NCBI GenBank assembly: GCA_034439575.1
Contig: JAWXAQ010000015.1
Span: 128,001 to 192,000, forward strand
Source: Leptospira sp.
Lineage (GTDB): Bacteria > Spirochaetota > Leptospiria > Leptospirales > Leptospiraceae
DNA: 64,000 nt
Direction: 5' to 3'
Of the stretch, positions 21,401-31,480 are shown in pieces; within the stretch, counting starts at the first letter, position 1; every line of letters starts with the position of its first letter. Made by a program: the position numbers and the translations under genes. The notes beneath the pieces were generated by a model. The model ran no database searches. It was not told where the DNA came from and worked only from the letters and a program-made list of their open reading frames with translations.

Positions 21401-21983
21401 GACAAACGTCACCTAACTGATTTAACAATTCGACTGGATAGGGAAAATCTTTTTCCTCTTCCAAAGGTTTTAATGTCACATAACTTTCATCAAACTTTCT
21501 TTGGAGTTTGAGAAGAGTTCCGATTTTGTATTTATAAACGGGTTCTTCTGGATTTAATTTTGCTAATTTTTGATAGGTGATGACTGATTCCTCATATTCG
21601 CCGAGGGTGCCTTGAACAGTTCCTAAACCAATGAGAATCTTTTGATTGTCTGGATCAAGCCTATCACCTAAAATATAAGCTTCCTTAGAGGATTTATATT
21701 CGCCTAAACGGTATTCAGCGGCACCTAATAATGCATAACCTTCCGCTGTTTCAACTTTTGTATTTGCTTCTTTTGAAAGAGTCACTGCTTCGCCAAAGTC
21801 CGATTTATTGAACGCGGTATTTCCTTTGGCAATGATTGCACGGGCCTCATCCAAATTTTGTCTTCTGGATGGATCCACTTCGGACAATACTTCATCTTTG
21901 ACGGTAACTGATTTAAAATCTCGTGATTGGCAATTTGTAAATAATAATAAGCCCGAGGTGAGAACGATTAGTATGTTTTTCAT
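18396..21983 (-). CDS. Large TPR lipoprotein with C-terminal beta-propeller-like region
   Basis: Lipobox LFTNC, many 34-aa TPR-like repeats, and a PQQ-like LVGLDRNTKEVVW motif near the C-terminus. Confidence 0.88.
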   Translation of the reverse strand: MKNILIVLTSGLLLFTNCQSRDFKSVTVKDEVLSEVDPSRRQNLDEARAIIAKGNTAFNKSDFGEAVTLSKEANTKVETAEGYALLGAAEYRLGEYKSSKEAYILGDRLDPDNQKILIGLGTVQGTLGEYEESVITYQKLAKLNPEEPVYKYKIGTLLKLQRKFDESYVTLKPLEEEKDFPYPVELLNQLGDVCLELKKYDEAEAYFAKAEKLQPELKSAQNAKESTRVASFIQKGNDAIAKKNYDLAIVEYKKATELQPSNASLWSFLGNAYFLKGLYPEAETNFRKSISLQDNFTNAYIGLCNVYIKKKNFSECLKVSETGLAKSPRNADLKNKLGICEWKWGHTQKAVLSFQDASSWDKNLFEPRINLAYLLIDLGRNEEAIDALKKAESHIHADKDQIKKAIALAESQMYISEGDKFLRQGKRKQALEQYGKALGRSPSDPSPHNAFGKAYFVFDDSKKSESSYLESLRLDENNLVAMQGLARLYAKTGNAKKASEYVKKLQNLSQNDPYAAITMGRIAEDSKKYDEAESIYNGLAKKFPNHEAVNYRLANLFYKRAVDENEKENYTKALDFVLKSKKYSKEIPEVFDTERTIKENLRFAEIIPYVREGNKAYDKKRYDDAISAYQKAYDKINKPSLLVKIAECYMAKGEEERGISILEKAAKENKDQASSFQEGIFAYFYKKGETAKAEEGFNNLLKEKPDSFYSYYMLGLISMKKKDYEGSVNLFDKSILLNGTFAPSNVAKGVAYYKLEKKEDAKKEFERARNKDKEFSISSFNLAIAYFNEDLISESKSILETLRKSDPDFSEGEIQLAYIYFKEGRLDDAESAILNVLKEDRSAEALYAYFIILSEKNKLSPSEKTNSKRIALKKEIWKDHADTKYARMLPSDQPDGSVIITEVQLTGSPIQNPILYPNRMIINYGESLVGLDRNTKEVVWKIYTPEPYSKIIPTKQLLAVRPGLIQKIYPDTGKFSTAIKLANSEKIINAESFDDKIYILTENAKSNEKSFLVLSAEGNKLYESPDKDIASFGITSNGNLMFVRDKKKEFSFQSFPKDSFSATTKPSLLLKKDSKEQSNVIDCLSHACLVKVGGILLDVDISGKVVSLNMNGNYLNSYHSGNGIHVKSSESLLVWKEEGKWSEVHNSQSDFKYNIAETQLEAKPKEILTTKSSVKKSIPWNPERDNKHISTITLD

Positions 21984-23596
21984 TTTTTCAATTTTTCCTC
22001 AAACTTGATCATATCTGGGTAATGGATCTTGATTCCACGCAATGGGTTCCCACTTAAAAAAGAATTGTTTGGTGTAAGAATTGCAATTTGCCATTGTAAC
22101 TGGAAATTCCAAGGTTTTTCAAATATTAAAGTTGATCCAAGATAAATCTTTAACAATTGTTTTTCGGGATCTGTTGACCAAGAAATGACTCTACCTTTTT
22201 CTGCATCCTCGGATTTCCAACGATAAGAAGCAAGAACCGAAGCTTCCGCCTCACTTGCAGAATAACTGACAAGATGAAAATCAGTTTTATCTATGATGAT
22301 AAGATTTGATTTTCCTCCTGCCTCGGAAATCAATACTCCCAATCGACCATTTAACTCTTGTGATAATCCAATTTTAACTTCTGATTCTATCTTATCTGGA
22401 ATAATATTTTGAGAATAAACACCATACCAACCCTTGGGCAAATCTTGATTTTTTTGAAAGTTAAGGTTTCCTGAAAAATTAGTTACGAAATTTGGTGATC
22501 CACCCGAAGTATTCCAAAAATCTTCTGCTTCCCAAGAGACACCCTCTTCAAGTGCATAAGGGAGCGACAAACTTGTGATCGTTTTTGGATGTATGGCAAT
22601 AGAACTATTTGCGTATTCGAAGGAATTGTTATTCTTTGATCTTACAAATTGGATCGGATAACTACCGTAAGGAATGCCAGCTTCCGCGTATTGAGTCGCA
22701 CCTTTTTTTTGGCCCCCCACAATGACATCAAGCCCAGAGGGAAAACTTGTCAGTAAAACAGTACCTTGTGATATATCATCATTCCATTCATGAAAAATTC
22801 GATTTTTTTTACCACTTCGAACAATAAGAGTTCTCGCCACAGGATCTTTGCCTGGTTTTGAAAATGCGAGTGTATGTTTTCCATTTAATACGGAATAGTC
22901 GACGAGAGGAGCACGTCCAATTTCTTTTCCATCCAAAGTAATCAATGTGCCAGGAGACGTGGAATAAACAGAAACTTGACCACGTAAACTTGATTCCATA
23001 ATGGTTTGAATTTCCACCTCATTAGGTGAAAAAAGTTCTGACCAATACGCATACACGGATGTATTTAAAGGGATGAGACTTTTTTTGTTTTGGAATACTT
23101 CGATTCGTTTTTTATTTTGTGTAAAAGATTCTTCTGTTTCGTATCGAAACGCATAGCTAGCATTCCCATACGCCAAAGGTAAAATACTATCTTCATAAGA
23201 TATAGATACTTTGAGTGTTAGGTCTTCTTTTACGAGAGAAACAGACAAAATAACATCTATATCCTTGTCTTTTAAGTCTTGTGCGGAAATTTTTTGAGCA
23301 ATTGTTGTTCGAACAAAATTTCCATATTTTTTATGTGCTGTGATGATTTTGTCTTCTAAAAACCTTAAGTCAGACTCAACAGTTTCAATGGACATTTCTT
23401 TCCATTGGATCACATAACTTGGAATCGTCTTTGTGGTGATTCTTTCTTTAAAATCTAGAGGTGAGGGTGATGGATCCACAGAACCATGTTCCAAAACCCG
23501 ATATACGGGCCTTGGAACTGTTTCTTTGAGAGTTTCAATTTGCGAAACGGAAGCACATGATAGAAAAAAACCTAAAAGAACAAAAACAATTCTCAT
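21980..23596 (-). CDS. PEGA-domain lipoprotein
   Basis: Lipobox FFLSC and two PEGA-like units (STSPGTLITLDGKEIG.AP...G.H; TSFPSGLDV.VGG..KG). Confidence 0.8.
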   Translation of the reverse strand: MRIVFVLLGFFLSCASVSQIETLKETVPRPVYRVLEHGSVDPSPSPLDFKERITTKTIPSYVIQWKEMSIETVESDLRFLEDKIITAHKKYGNFVRTTIAQKISAQDLKDKDIDVILSVSLVKEDLTLKVSISYEDSILPLAYGNASYAFRYETEESFTQNKKRIEVFQNKKSLIPLNTSVYAYWSELFSPNEVEIQTIMESSLRGQVSVYSTSPGTLITLDGKEIGRAPLVDYSVLNGKHTLAFSKPGKDPVARTLIVRSGKKNRIFHEWNDDISQGTVLLTSFPSGLDVIVGGQKKGATQYAEAGIPYGSYPIQFVRSKNNNSFEYANSSIAIHPKTITSLSLPYALEEGVSWEAEDFWNTSGGSPNFVTNFSGNLNFQKNQDLPKGWYGVYSQNIIPDKIESEVKIGLSQELNGRLGVLISEAGGKSNLIIIDKTDFHLVSYSASEAEASVLASYRWKSEDAEKGRVISWSTDPEKQLLKIYLGSTLIFEKPWNFQLQWQIAILTPNNSFLSGNPLRGIKIHYPDMIKFEEKLKK

Positions 23597-24561
23597 TTTT
23601 TGTCAAAACTTTCCTTAGCTGGCAATTTCAATGAATCTTTTTGTACGTCTTTTTGGATGTATTTTGATTCTTCAACTGATTTAGCTGTTGTTATGATTTC
23701 ATCTGCTTTGTTTTTAGTGAGTTCTTTTTTACGGATGGATGACTCTACTTCTTCAACAGAAGAACCTAAATCCATTTTCTTTAACTCTTCACTATTGTTC
23801 CGAAGTTCATTTGATAATGATTCGAATTGGAGCATTTTCGTATTTTCGAAAACCAACATTTCTTTTAGATCAGTAAGTGATTGTGAAGCTAGTGGTTTTA
23901 TCAACTTGTCACTTAACTTTGAATCATTGCCAATCGTAGCTTCCTTTTGTTTATCCAAAATTATTTCATTTTCGGAGTTTGATTTTTTGATTGCGATCGC
24001 ACCGTCTAACACAGCATATCTAACAACACAATTATTTTCACCACAAGGAACGCCCGCTTTATTTGAGGAAGGTGATTCGACCGAAGTGAGAAACGATGTA
24101 CCACGAACACCCGCGATAGATGTCGGAGTTACTACATTAAACGTATCCGTCTTTCTCTCTTTTTTGAGGATTGTAACCAGTTTTCCATATTGCATTTTGA
24201 CTTCGGTATTTCTTTCTTCCCCGTGACTCGCAAGTGCAGAAGATAACTGAAGAGATGTGTTTTTTGAAAGTTTCAAAACACCATCATCACCAAGTAAAAT
24301 TTCAACGGCACCATTAGCACCTGTTACTATCGTATCTGAAGCAAGTATAGGGTCACCGAGTACTGGTTTATTTTGTGAACCTTCACGTAAAATTACCACT
24401 TCGCCTTTCACAAAGGCAATCACAGCCGCCGATGTTACTTCTGGGTTTGCCTGTGCGGAGTGAGCAGATTCTTTGGATTCTTTTTGGCAAGAGACGAAGA
24501 CAAAAAGAACTAATAGAAACGCACTAAGCCTAACTATAGAATGATAAGAATAGATTTTCAT
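23593..24561 (-). CDS. FecR-domain lipoprotein (LipL45-like)
   Basis: Lipobox VFVSC, D.I.TG..G.V.I, and TPTSIAGVRGTSF. GGAGG RBS. Confidence 0.85.
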   Translation of the reverse strand: MKIYSYHSIVRLSAFLLVLFVFVSCQKESKESAHSAQANPEVTSAAVIAFVKGEVVILREGSQNKPVLGDPILASDTIVTGANGAVEILLGDDGVLKLSKNTSLQLSSALASHGEERNTEVKMQYGKLVTILKKERKTDTFNVVTPTSIAGVRGTSFLTSVESPSSNKAGVPCGENNCVVRYAVLDGAIAIKKSNSENEIILDKQKEATIGNDSKLSDKLIKPLASQSLTDLKEMLVFENTKMLQFESLSNELRNNSEELKKMDLGSSVEEVESSIRKKELTKNKADEIITTAKSVEESKYIQKDVQKDSLKLPAKESFDKK

Positions 24562-24628
24562 AAAAACCTCCGCATGAAAAACAACTTTCTAAACTGTATA
24601 ACAACTGAGAGGGAAGCAACTCTTTTCC

Positions 24629-25578
24629 CTAATATCTTTTTGTCACACTTTGGGACCAATGGTCGCGCCTAGTGACTCTGTGGGGTTTTTCGAGACTTTC
24701 GAGCATGGATTCTAGGCTTTTTCGCCTGGATTCCGAGAGATCCTTCTCAAAAACACGCAGTAAGTTGCAATCTTCGCCAAAATCACAACAATATTCATAT
24801 TTGCAATCCACTTTGGCAGAACGCAGTTCTGGAAAACTTTCCATAAGTTCTGTTTTTGTAAGGTGGAGGATCCCCCATTCTTTCACTCCAGGTGAATCAA
24901 TGACGACAGTTCCATCGTCCAAAAAGACGGCTAGTGAGTTTGTGGTGGTGTGTTTTCCCTTTCTTGTGCCACTACTAATATCATTCACTCGTTGGTCATT
25001 TTTTTTGTTAGTTGATTTAGAAGTGTTGATTTTCCCACACCTGAGTTTCCACATAAAAAAGAACGTTTTCCTCTTAATTTAAGGAATAAATGCTCCATTG
25101 AGTCTTGGTTTTCTGTAGATATGCTCATAACTTCGTAACCTAGACTTTGGTAAAAAGTTTCTTTTTGTAACCTTATTTCATCAGGAACCAAATCGGCCTT
25201 TGTAAAAACAATTAATGGTGTAATTTCTGTTGGAAATGCTGCAACTAACAAGCGATCAATAAAACCATCTTTGGTTTCAGGGTCTTTTAAGGAAGCGAGG
25301 ATAACAAGGAGATCAAGATTCGCACAAAGTACGTGGCTATCTCCATGATCACTTTTTCTTGCGAGAAAATTTTTACGTTCCTCTTTCTCAAGTATCACCC
25401 AATCCCCGCTTCCTGATTCGGCAAAAACTTCATCTCCCACCACAAAGGGATGGCGTTCATCACTTTGTTTAAGTCGCAATTTCCCTTTTAAAACCGCTCG
25501 AACATAGAGAGTGCTTGGGGAGTATAACTCATAGTAGGCTCCAAAGATCCGTGCAATTGTAAATTGTTCTTTACCCAA
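24629..25578 (-). pseudogene. rsgA: Ribosome small-subunit-dependent GTPase A, split by a 1-nt frameshift
   Basis: The N-half has the OB fold, G4 TKAD and G1 GNSGVGKS. The C-half has GKHTTT, DSPG and a Cys cluster. The frames switch at T8 24999-25006. Start placed at TTG 25578 (alternative ATG 25614). This may be an assembly error rather than a true pseudogene. Confidence 0.85.
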
Positions 25579-25629
25579 GGCTAAATTTCCTGTAAAATAA
25601 ACTCTCTCTTCCATTTAAAAACATTAATC

Positions 25630-27480
25630 ATGATGACACAAGTTTTCTTTCGTATTTTACGAACTTATTCTCCAGGCTTACTACTAAGCGGAATCGTCAT
25701 TTTGTTTGACTATCAAGGAGCATTATCCTCAAATCTACTCATCGCACTTATAACGTTTTCCTTTTTCTTATTTATTTGGGCCTATCTGCTATCAACGTGG
25801 GTAAAAAAAAGTATCACTTCAATTAATGAAAAAAATTTGAATGATGAAAAACCCAAAAAAAGGGATGAGCTGGTTCAAAATCTTTTTGCCTTAGAAAAAT
25901 TCAAAGAGGAACTCATTTCTTTTAATGATCCAGATCAAATCAGTCTTACCATTGTCAATTTTTTAGAATCAAAAATTCCCGCTGATTTCGTGAGAGTCTA
26001 CACATGGGATGAATCTCAGGCCCATTTTCGATGCCGTCCTTATCCGAAAGATACGAGAAGCGATGAAGAACTGAGTCTTCCGGTCTTTGATCCTTTTCTG
26101 ATTTGGTTGTCAGATAGGGAAGGCATTCATTTAAGAGAAAACTTTGATAATGAAAAATCACCTAGCCATCAAAAAATCAAAACTGCTGCTTTGAGTTTTT
26201 TTGATCGCACAAACTCTGTGTTAGTTGCCACACTAGTGATGAAATCCAGCCTAGTTGGTTTTATACTTTTTGGAAAACAAAAAAATAATGAAAATTATGG
26301 GATTATTGAAATAGAAATCATTTTAGAAATTCTTTCTGTTTCCTTGATGTCAATATCAAATTCCATGATTTATCAGCAGTTAGTCAATTTAACGGAAACT
26401 TTGGAAGCAAAAGTTCGTGAACGCACAAGAGAACTTGAAGAAGCCCAGTCCCATTTGGTTCAATCAGAAAAAATGGCTTCTCTTGGTGTGATGGTTGCAG
26501 GCATTGCTCATGAAATAAATACACCAGCCGCAGTGATCAATGGTTCCTCAGATAACTTAGAAGCCAATATGATGTACAATTTTACGCATATGTCTGATTT
26601 ACATTTATTGGTCAAAAATGAAAATTTAAGAGAAATTTATTTAGAATTATTGTTTGGATTACTTCGAGACGAATTGAAAACTAAGGTTGATCCAAAAGAC
26701 AAATTCAAACTCAAAAAAGAAATTAAACAAAAGTTAATTGGTGAAGGAATTTCAGACGTTGATGCCATTGAACTATCGGGTTTTTTAGTCGAACAATCCA
26801 TCCCTCAAAAAGAAAAGGAGCTAGTTCGAATATGGAAAGAAGGTGGAAAAGAAGTTTATGAATTGTTACGTAATAGTGTAGGATTGCAAAGAAATGTTAA
26901 AAATATAAAATACGCGATTAAAAATATAGTCCGCATTGTCAAAGCCTTAAAATATTATTCTCACCTTGGTCAATCGTCTTACACTGAGGCAGATTTACAT
27001 GAAGGCATTGAAAACACTTTAATCATTATGCAAAGTCAGATAAAAAATGGTGTAGAAATAGAAAGAGCTTATTCCAATATACCGCCCGTTAAATGCAATA
27101 TTGACGAACTCAATCAAGTTTGGACAAACCTTATCACTAACGCACTTCATGCGATGAAAAAAACACCAAATCCAAAATTGCAAATATTTTCAAGATGTAT
27201 CGGATCAGATTATGTTATGATAGGATTTGAAGACAATGGTTCGGGTGTGCCAACAGTAATAAAAGATAAAATATGGGATCCATTTTTTACAACCAAGGAC
27301 CAAGGCGAAGGAACAGGGCTTGGACTCGGAATCGTTAAGGGAATTATAGAAAAACACAAAGGTCGCATCGAAATGGAATCCGAACCAAATAAAACCAGAT
27401 TTATGGTATATCTTCCTCTAGATGGACCAGGTGATGTTCCTAACCTTCCAAAAGAAGTAATCCGTGAGATTCGAGGTTGA
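25630..27480 (+). CDS. Sensor histidine kinase with 2 TMs and GAF-like domain
   Basis: QSEKMASLG..AGIAHEINTP, NQVWTNLITNA, DNGSG and PFFTTK..GEGTGLGL. Confidence 0.92.
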   Translation: MMTQVFFRILRTYSPGLLLSGIVILFDYQGALSSNLLIALITFSFFLFIWAYLLSTWVKKSITSINEKNLNDEKPKKRDELVQNLFALEKFKEELISFNDPDQISLTIVNFLESKIPADFVRVYTWDESQAHFRCRPYPKDTRSDEELSLPVFDPFLIWLSDREGIHLRENFDNEKSPSHQKIKTAALSFFDRTNSVLVATLVMKSSLVGFILFGKQKNNENYGIIEIEIILEILSVSLMSISNSMIYQQLVNLTETLEAKVRERTRELEEAQSHLVQSEKMASLGVMVAGIAHEINTPAAVINGSSDNLEANMMYNFTHMSDLHLLVKNENLREIYLELLFGLLRDELKTKVDPKDKFKLKKEIKQKLIGEGISDVDAIELSGFLVEQSIPQKEKELVRIWKEGGKEVYELLRNSVGLQRNVKNIKYAIKNIVRIVKALKYYSHLGQSSYTEADLHEGIENTLIIMQSQIKNGVEIERAYSNIPPVKCNIDELNQVWTNLITNALHAMKKTPNPKLQIFSRCIGSDYVMIGFEDNGSGVPTVIKDKIWDPFFTTKDQGEGTGLGLGIVKGIIEKHKGRIEMESEPNKTRFMVYLPLDGPGDVPNLPKEVIREIRG

Positions 27481-28607
27481 ATCAATATCCAAATTATAAA
27501 CCCGGTTTTTTAGAAAAATGGGGACGTTCCGTACTTTATAAAATCAATCGTTCACGAATTAGTAAAAACAAAAGTTCAATAGAAAATTTCTCAGAGCATT
27601 CAACGAAAATAATTCGTATAAGTGTATGTTTATCTTTTTGCATTGGATTCATTCCTTCCTTTTTGTTTGTAGCTTTAAGTCATTTTATTCCCAAAATTGA
27701 TCATATCTTTTCCTACCAAGCAATATTACCTGTGGTAGTGACGACATTACTCATCGGTATTTTTACTTATATAGAATTTTATTTATTATTTTTAACTGGT
27801 CTTTACCAAGCATTCTATATGGCCGAATCAGCTAACTTAGAATTATCGGAAGAACCCGAACTGATCACACCAGTGCCAGGATTACTAGCACGCATAGCTT
27901 TAGAAATTCCAGATCCCGAACTTCGCTTGTTTGGTATCAATCCGTACAAACGATTAAATCGTAAAAAAATATTCATTAAAACTTTATTATATAAAATTAA
28001 AGTAATGATATCAAATCTTTTTGCAAAAATTATTCTGAAAGCAATATTTGGAAGAACTGGACTTAGAATTTATATTGAATATATCGCCGCACCAATCACT
28101 GGATTATGGGATGCTTATGTTACTTACAAAATCCTTCATGAACTTCGCATGAGAATCATCTCTAGAAAAATTGCAGAGAAGATATTAATTTATATAGAGC
28201 AAAATCAAAATCAATTTTCCCCCAAGGGAAAGGAATGTCTGATGCGAGCCATCGCAAATTCAATTGTTTTTACAAAAACGTTTCATCCCAATTTTGAATA
28301 TCTACTTTTAAAGTTAGTAAAAGTTTTCAATATCCCCTTTGATATGAATGAAATGGATGAGCCAGATCAGTTTATCAACTCACTAAAATTTTGTGCCGAA
28401 GGCGAAAAAAGATTAGCAATTGTTATATTTTTAATTGGAAGTTGTTTTGATGGAACGATGACAAAGGAAGAATGGGATATGTTCCCAAAATTTTCATTTA
28501 TTTCTGATTTGGAACAAATGCTTTCAAAAACCAAATTTCTATTAAAAAGTATTAGAAATGGAAAATTATTGGACTCGATTCGAATTACCGAAGAAATGTT
28601 GGGATGA
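27477..28607 (+). CDS. Hypothetical membrane protein
   Basis: 376-aa ORF whose TTG start overlaps the kinase stop; 2-3 hydrophobic segments. Confidence 0.75.
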   Translation: MNQYPNYKPGFLEKWGRSVLYKINRSRISKNKSSIENFSEHSTKIIRISVCLSFCIGFIPSFLFVALSHFIPKIDHIFSYQAILPVVVTTLLIGIFTYIEFYLLFLTGLYQAFYMAESANLELSEEPELITPVPGLLARIALEIPDPELRLFGINPYKRLNRKKIFIKTLLYKIKVMISNLFAKIILKAIFGRTGLRIYIEYIAAPITGLWDAYVTYKILHELRMRIISRKIAEKILIYIEQNQNQFSPKGKECLMRAIANSIVFTKTFHPNFEYLLLKLVKVFNIPFDMNEMDEPDQFINSLKFCAEGEKRLAIVIFLIGSCFDGTMTKEEWDMFPKFSFISDLEQMLSKTKFLLKSIRNGKLLDSIRITEEMLG

Positions 28608-28661
28608 TTTTTATTAATAGGTATTAAATTCTGGTAAGTCTAAATCAAAGTAGGAGAAATT

Positions 28662-29177
28662 ATGTCATCAGTAACACTCAAAGGATCGCCAGTATCACTC
28701 GAAGGAAATATGCCCAAAGCAGGCGAAAAAGCCCCTGACTTCAAAGTCACCAAACAAGATTTAAGTGAAATTTCACTTAAAGATTTTTCTGGAAAAGTTA
28801 AAATTCTTGTTTCAGTCCCGAGTTTAGATACAGCTGTTTGCGCACTCGAAACTAAAAAATTTAATGAAAGAGCAGCGAAAGAATCAGATATTACAACACT
28901 AATCATTTCTGGAGACTTACCTTTTGCAATGAAACGATTTTGCAGTACAGAAGGTATAGAATCAAACAACTTAGTGACGGGATCACAGTTTAAAGATTTT
29001 TCCTTTTCTAAAAATTATGGAGTACATATTTCTTCAGGTCCATTGACAGGCCTTGCTGCCCGTGCTGTTTTTGTATTGGATAAATCTGATGTAGTTCGTT
29101 ATGTAGAACTTGTTCCTGAAATAGCAAGTGAACCAAATTATGATACTATCTTAGCCGAGGCAAAAAAACTCACCTAA
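28662..29177 (+). CDS. tpx: Thiol peroxidase (atypical 2-Cys peroxiredoxin)
   Basis: [19 protein letters not shown] and EPNYD motifs; AGGAG RBS. Confidence 0.95.
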   Translation: MSSVTLKGSPVSLEGNMPKAGEKAPDFKVTKQDLSEISLKDFSGKVKILVSVPSLDTAVCALETKKFNERAAKESDITTLIISGDLPFAMKRFCSTEGIESNNLVTGSQFKDFSFSKNYGVHISSGPLTGLAARAVFVLDKSDVVRYVELVPEIASEPNYDTILAEAKKLT

Positions 29178-31480
29178 CCTAAATTATGTAGAATGCAATC
29201 AAGACTCAGGTCTTTTGCATTCTTCTCTATTTCTTCTTTTAATTCTGGATCAAAAGAAAAAAACACTCCCTTCCAATTTTCATTTTTTAAGAATGATAAA
29301 GTATATCTTACGGCAGAGATCATACGTGTGCGATCCATATGCCTAAATGGCTCATCAAGCAAAATCCATTTCAAGTTATCATTCACCGACATACGCGATG
29401 CATATTCCAAGCGAATCGCAAAATAAAAAAGCTCCTTGGTACCTGTAGACAGATGATCTAATGCGCGTAAGGTTTGATTCGCATCACTCGCCTGGGCCGA
29501 TTCATCGAAATTTTCCCAAATAATATCCCTCTTATCTACAGTTGGTAATAATAAATTCCATCGTTTAGAGAGTGAATTTACCAATTCCATCATCTGATGA
29601 TTTGAGTCTTCTGCTAGTTCCAAAAAAATATCTGCAAGAAGTTTATAAGATTGCATCGTTTTTTCTACTTCTAACTTTTGATATTCGGCTTCTTCTTTTT
29701 CTCTCTTACATCGTTCCCAATTCTGTAATGTTTCATGTATCTTTGCTTTCGAACTTCCACGCAATCCCGCAAGCTCTGAATCAAAACGGAAATAAGTTTC
29801 TTTTAAAGATTCTAATTCTTTTTTTGCATTCTGAATTTGGTTTTTAATTTGCTTTAGTATATTTTGATCCTCTAAAGTAAAATCAAAAGATATACCTTGT
29901 TCTTCGAAGGATTGTATTTCGGTTTTTAATACATGTTTTAATGATGTTATATCTTTAACGTTAAATTCGGTAATTTTTTCTTTTAAAAAAGAATTTATAG
30001 AATTGAATTCTATCTCCTCTGCCTTAAAATTACTTAGTTTGTGAGTAAATTCTTCGAAATTTTTAACATCAAATTCTAGATACAATTTTTGAAGTTGATT
30101 ATTTTTCTCTTCAATACTTTCTTTTAATCGTTTTTCGCCCAATTCCATTTCATTGATTTTTTGTTTATCTCTTATGATTTCTTCTTGGATCAATTCTATT
30201 TCTCGAAGTAATATTTCGACATCAGAAGTGTATTTTTTAATGGCCTCTCTGATACCTTCTTTTGTTTTCAAAAGTATTTTAATGAGTCCCTCGGATTTCA
30301 AAAGAAGATCATCAGATATTTTTATGTAGTGTAGACTTATATCGTCATGATTTTTTTCAATTCTTTGCGATCTGGCAAAGAATAATACGATGACGGCACT
30401 AGAAAACATCAAAACACCACCTAATACAACTTGCATATTATCTATGGTCTTTGTAGTCGTCATTAAAATTGAGATGAAACCTAACATAAACAAAACGATT
30501 CCTGCAATCAATGGAATAGTCTTCCATTGTGTAATCGTAAAAGTTTCTGCGAGATCATAAACTGAATCCAATCGTTCTTCAGATTCACGAATCAAATTTC
30601 CAAATCGGGATAATTTTTGAGAACGCAAACTAACAGCATCTGACTTTTTTGAATCAGATAGAATTTTTTCTCTTAAACTATTTTGATTATTAATTAAATT
30701 TTTAAGCTCTTGTTGTCTCTCTTTCAATTCTTCATTTAAAGAGATGATTAATTTTTCTTTTCCGGTGGAAAGTCTAGAATTTATTTCCCTTACAGATTTT
30801 TCTTTAGATTCCCAAGATATTATATTTTGGAAAATATTTCTATAATGCGCATACTTTTCTCTTATAAGAAAAGTTGTCTCTTTATTTGATAACTCATTTA
30901 ATATAGATTCTTTTTCAGATAAGGATCTTTCATATTCTAATTTTTTGGCCTCCGATTTTGGTAATTCGGAAAAAGTTAGGATCGTATTTTCTCGCTCTGC
31001 TTCGGCCTGTTTCAAAGCTAATAATTTTTCCTCGTAAGCCTTTATAACTTTCTTTAACTCATTGTTAGCTTTAACATTTCCTTTTGTTTCTGATTTTTCC
31101 AAACAAACTTTTCTTAAATGATTGGCATCATAACCACTATCATGCAGTGAATTTCGAATCTTGTCTATAAGTTGTTCTTCATCATTGCCTTCAAAATCCC
31201 ATAACATTCTTCCTTCACGAATCGCATATGTATTCAAAAAGTTAGATGGAGAGATATTCGCAGGTGCATCATCACTGATTTTACTTTTTCTCTTTTTATC
31301 ATATCTCTCATTTAAAAAACGTCCATACTTGGAACCACCTGGTATCTTAATCAGTGCAGCTATAATCGCATCTAAAATTGTAGTTTTGCCAGATTCGTTT
31401 GGTCCAAAAAAAATAGTGATTTGTTTTAACGGAAAACTTGAATCTAAAAAGGCACCGAAATTTTTTAATATTAGATTCAT
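29174..31480 (-). CDS. SMC/Rad50-like ATPase with central transmembrane hairpin (YhaN/SbcE-like)
   Basis: Walker [10 protein letters not shown], long coiled coils, two central hydrophobic helices, signature LSTGT, Walker B/D-loop [10 protein letters not shown]. Confidence 0.85.
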   Translation of the reverse strand: MNLILKNFGAFLDSSFPLKQITIFFGPNESGKTTILDAIIAALIKIPGGSKYGRFLNERYDKKRKSKISDDAPANISPSNFLNTYAIREGRMLWDFEGNDEEQLIDKIRNSLHDSGYDANHLRKVCLEKSETKGNVKANNELKKVIKAYEEKLLALKQAEAERENTILTFSELPKSEAKKLEYERSLSEKESILNELSNKETTFLIREKYAHYRNIFQNIISWESKEKSVREINSRLSTGKEKLIISLNEELKERQQELKNLINNQNSLREKILSDSKKSDAVSLRSQKLSRFGNLIRESEERLDSVYDLAETFTITQWKTIPLIAGIVLFMLGFISILMTTTKTIDNMQVVLGGVLMFSSAVIVLFFARSQRIEKNHDDISLHYIKISDDLLLKSEGLIKILLKTKEGIREAIKKYTSDVEILLREIELIQEEIIRDKQKINEMELGEKRLKESIEEKNNQLQKLYLEFDVKNFEEFTHKLSNFKAEEIEFNSINSFLKEKITEFNVKDITSLKHVLKTEIQSFEEQGISFDFTLEDQNILKQIKNQIQNAKKELESLKETYFRFDSELAGLRGSSKAKIHETLQNWERCKREKEEAEYQKLEVEKTMQSYKLLADIFLELAEDSNHQMMELVNSLSKRWNLLLPTVDKRDIIWENFDESAQASDANQTLRALDHLSTGTKELFYFAIRLEYASRMSVNDNLKWILLDEPFRHMDRTRMISAVRYTLSFLKNENWKGVFFSFDPELKEEIEKNAKDLSLDCILHNLG

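Noticed and set aside
23600-24226. 208-aa plus-strand ORF
   Set aside because: It lies wholly antisense to the FecR lipoprotein, and its Ser/Phe/Leu-rich composition is the expected shadow of a Lys/Glu-rich gene.
24629-25054. 141-aa ORF as an independent gene
   Set aside because: It is the out-of-frame C-terminal half of rsgA, and its first ~15 residues are spurious.
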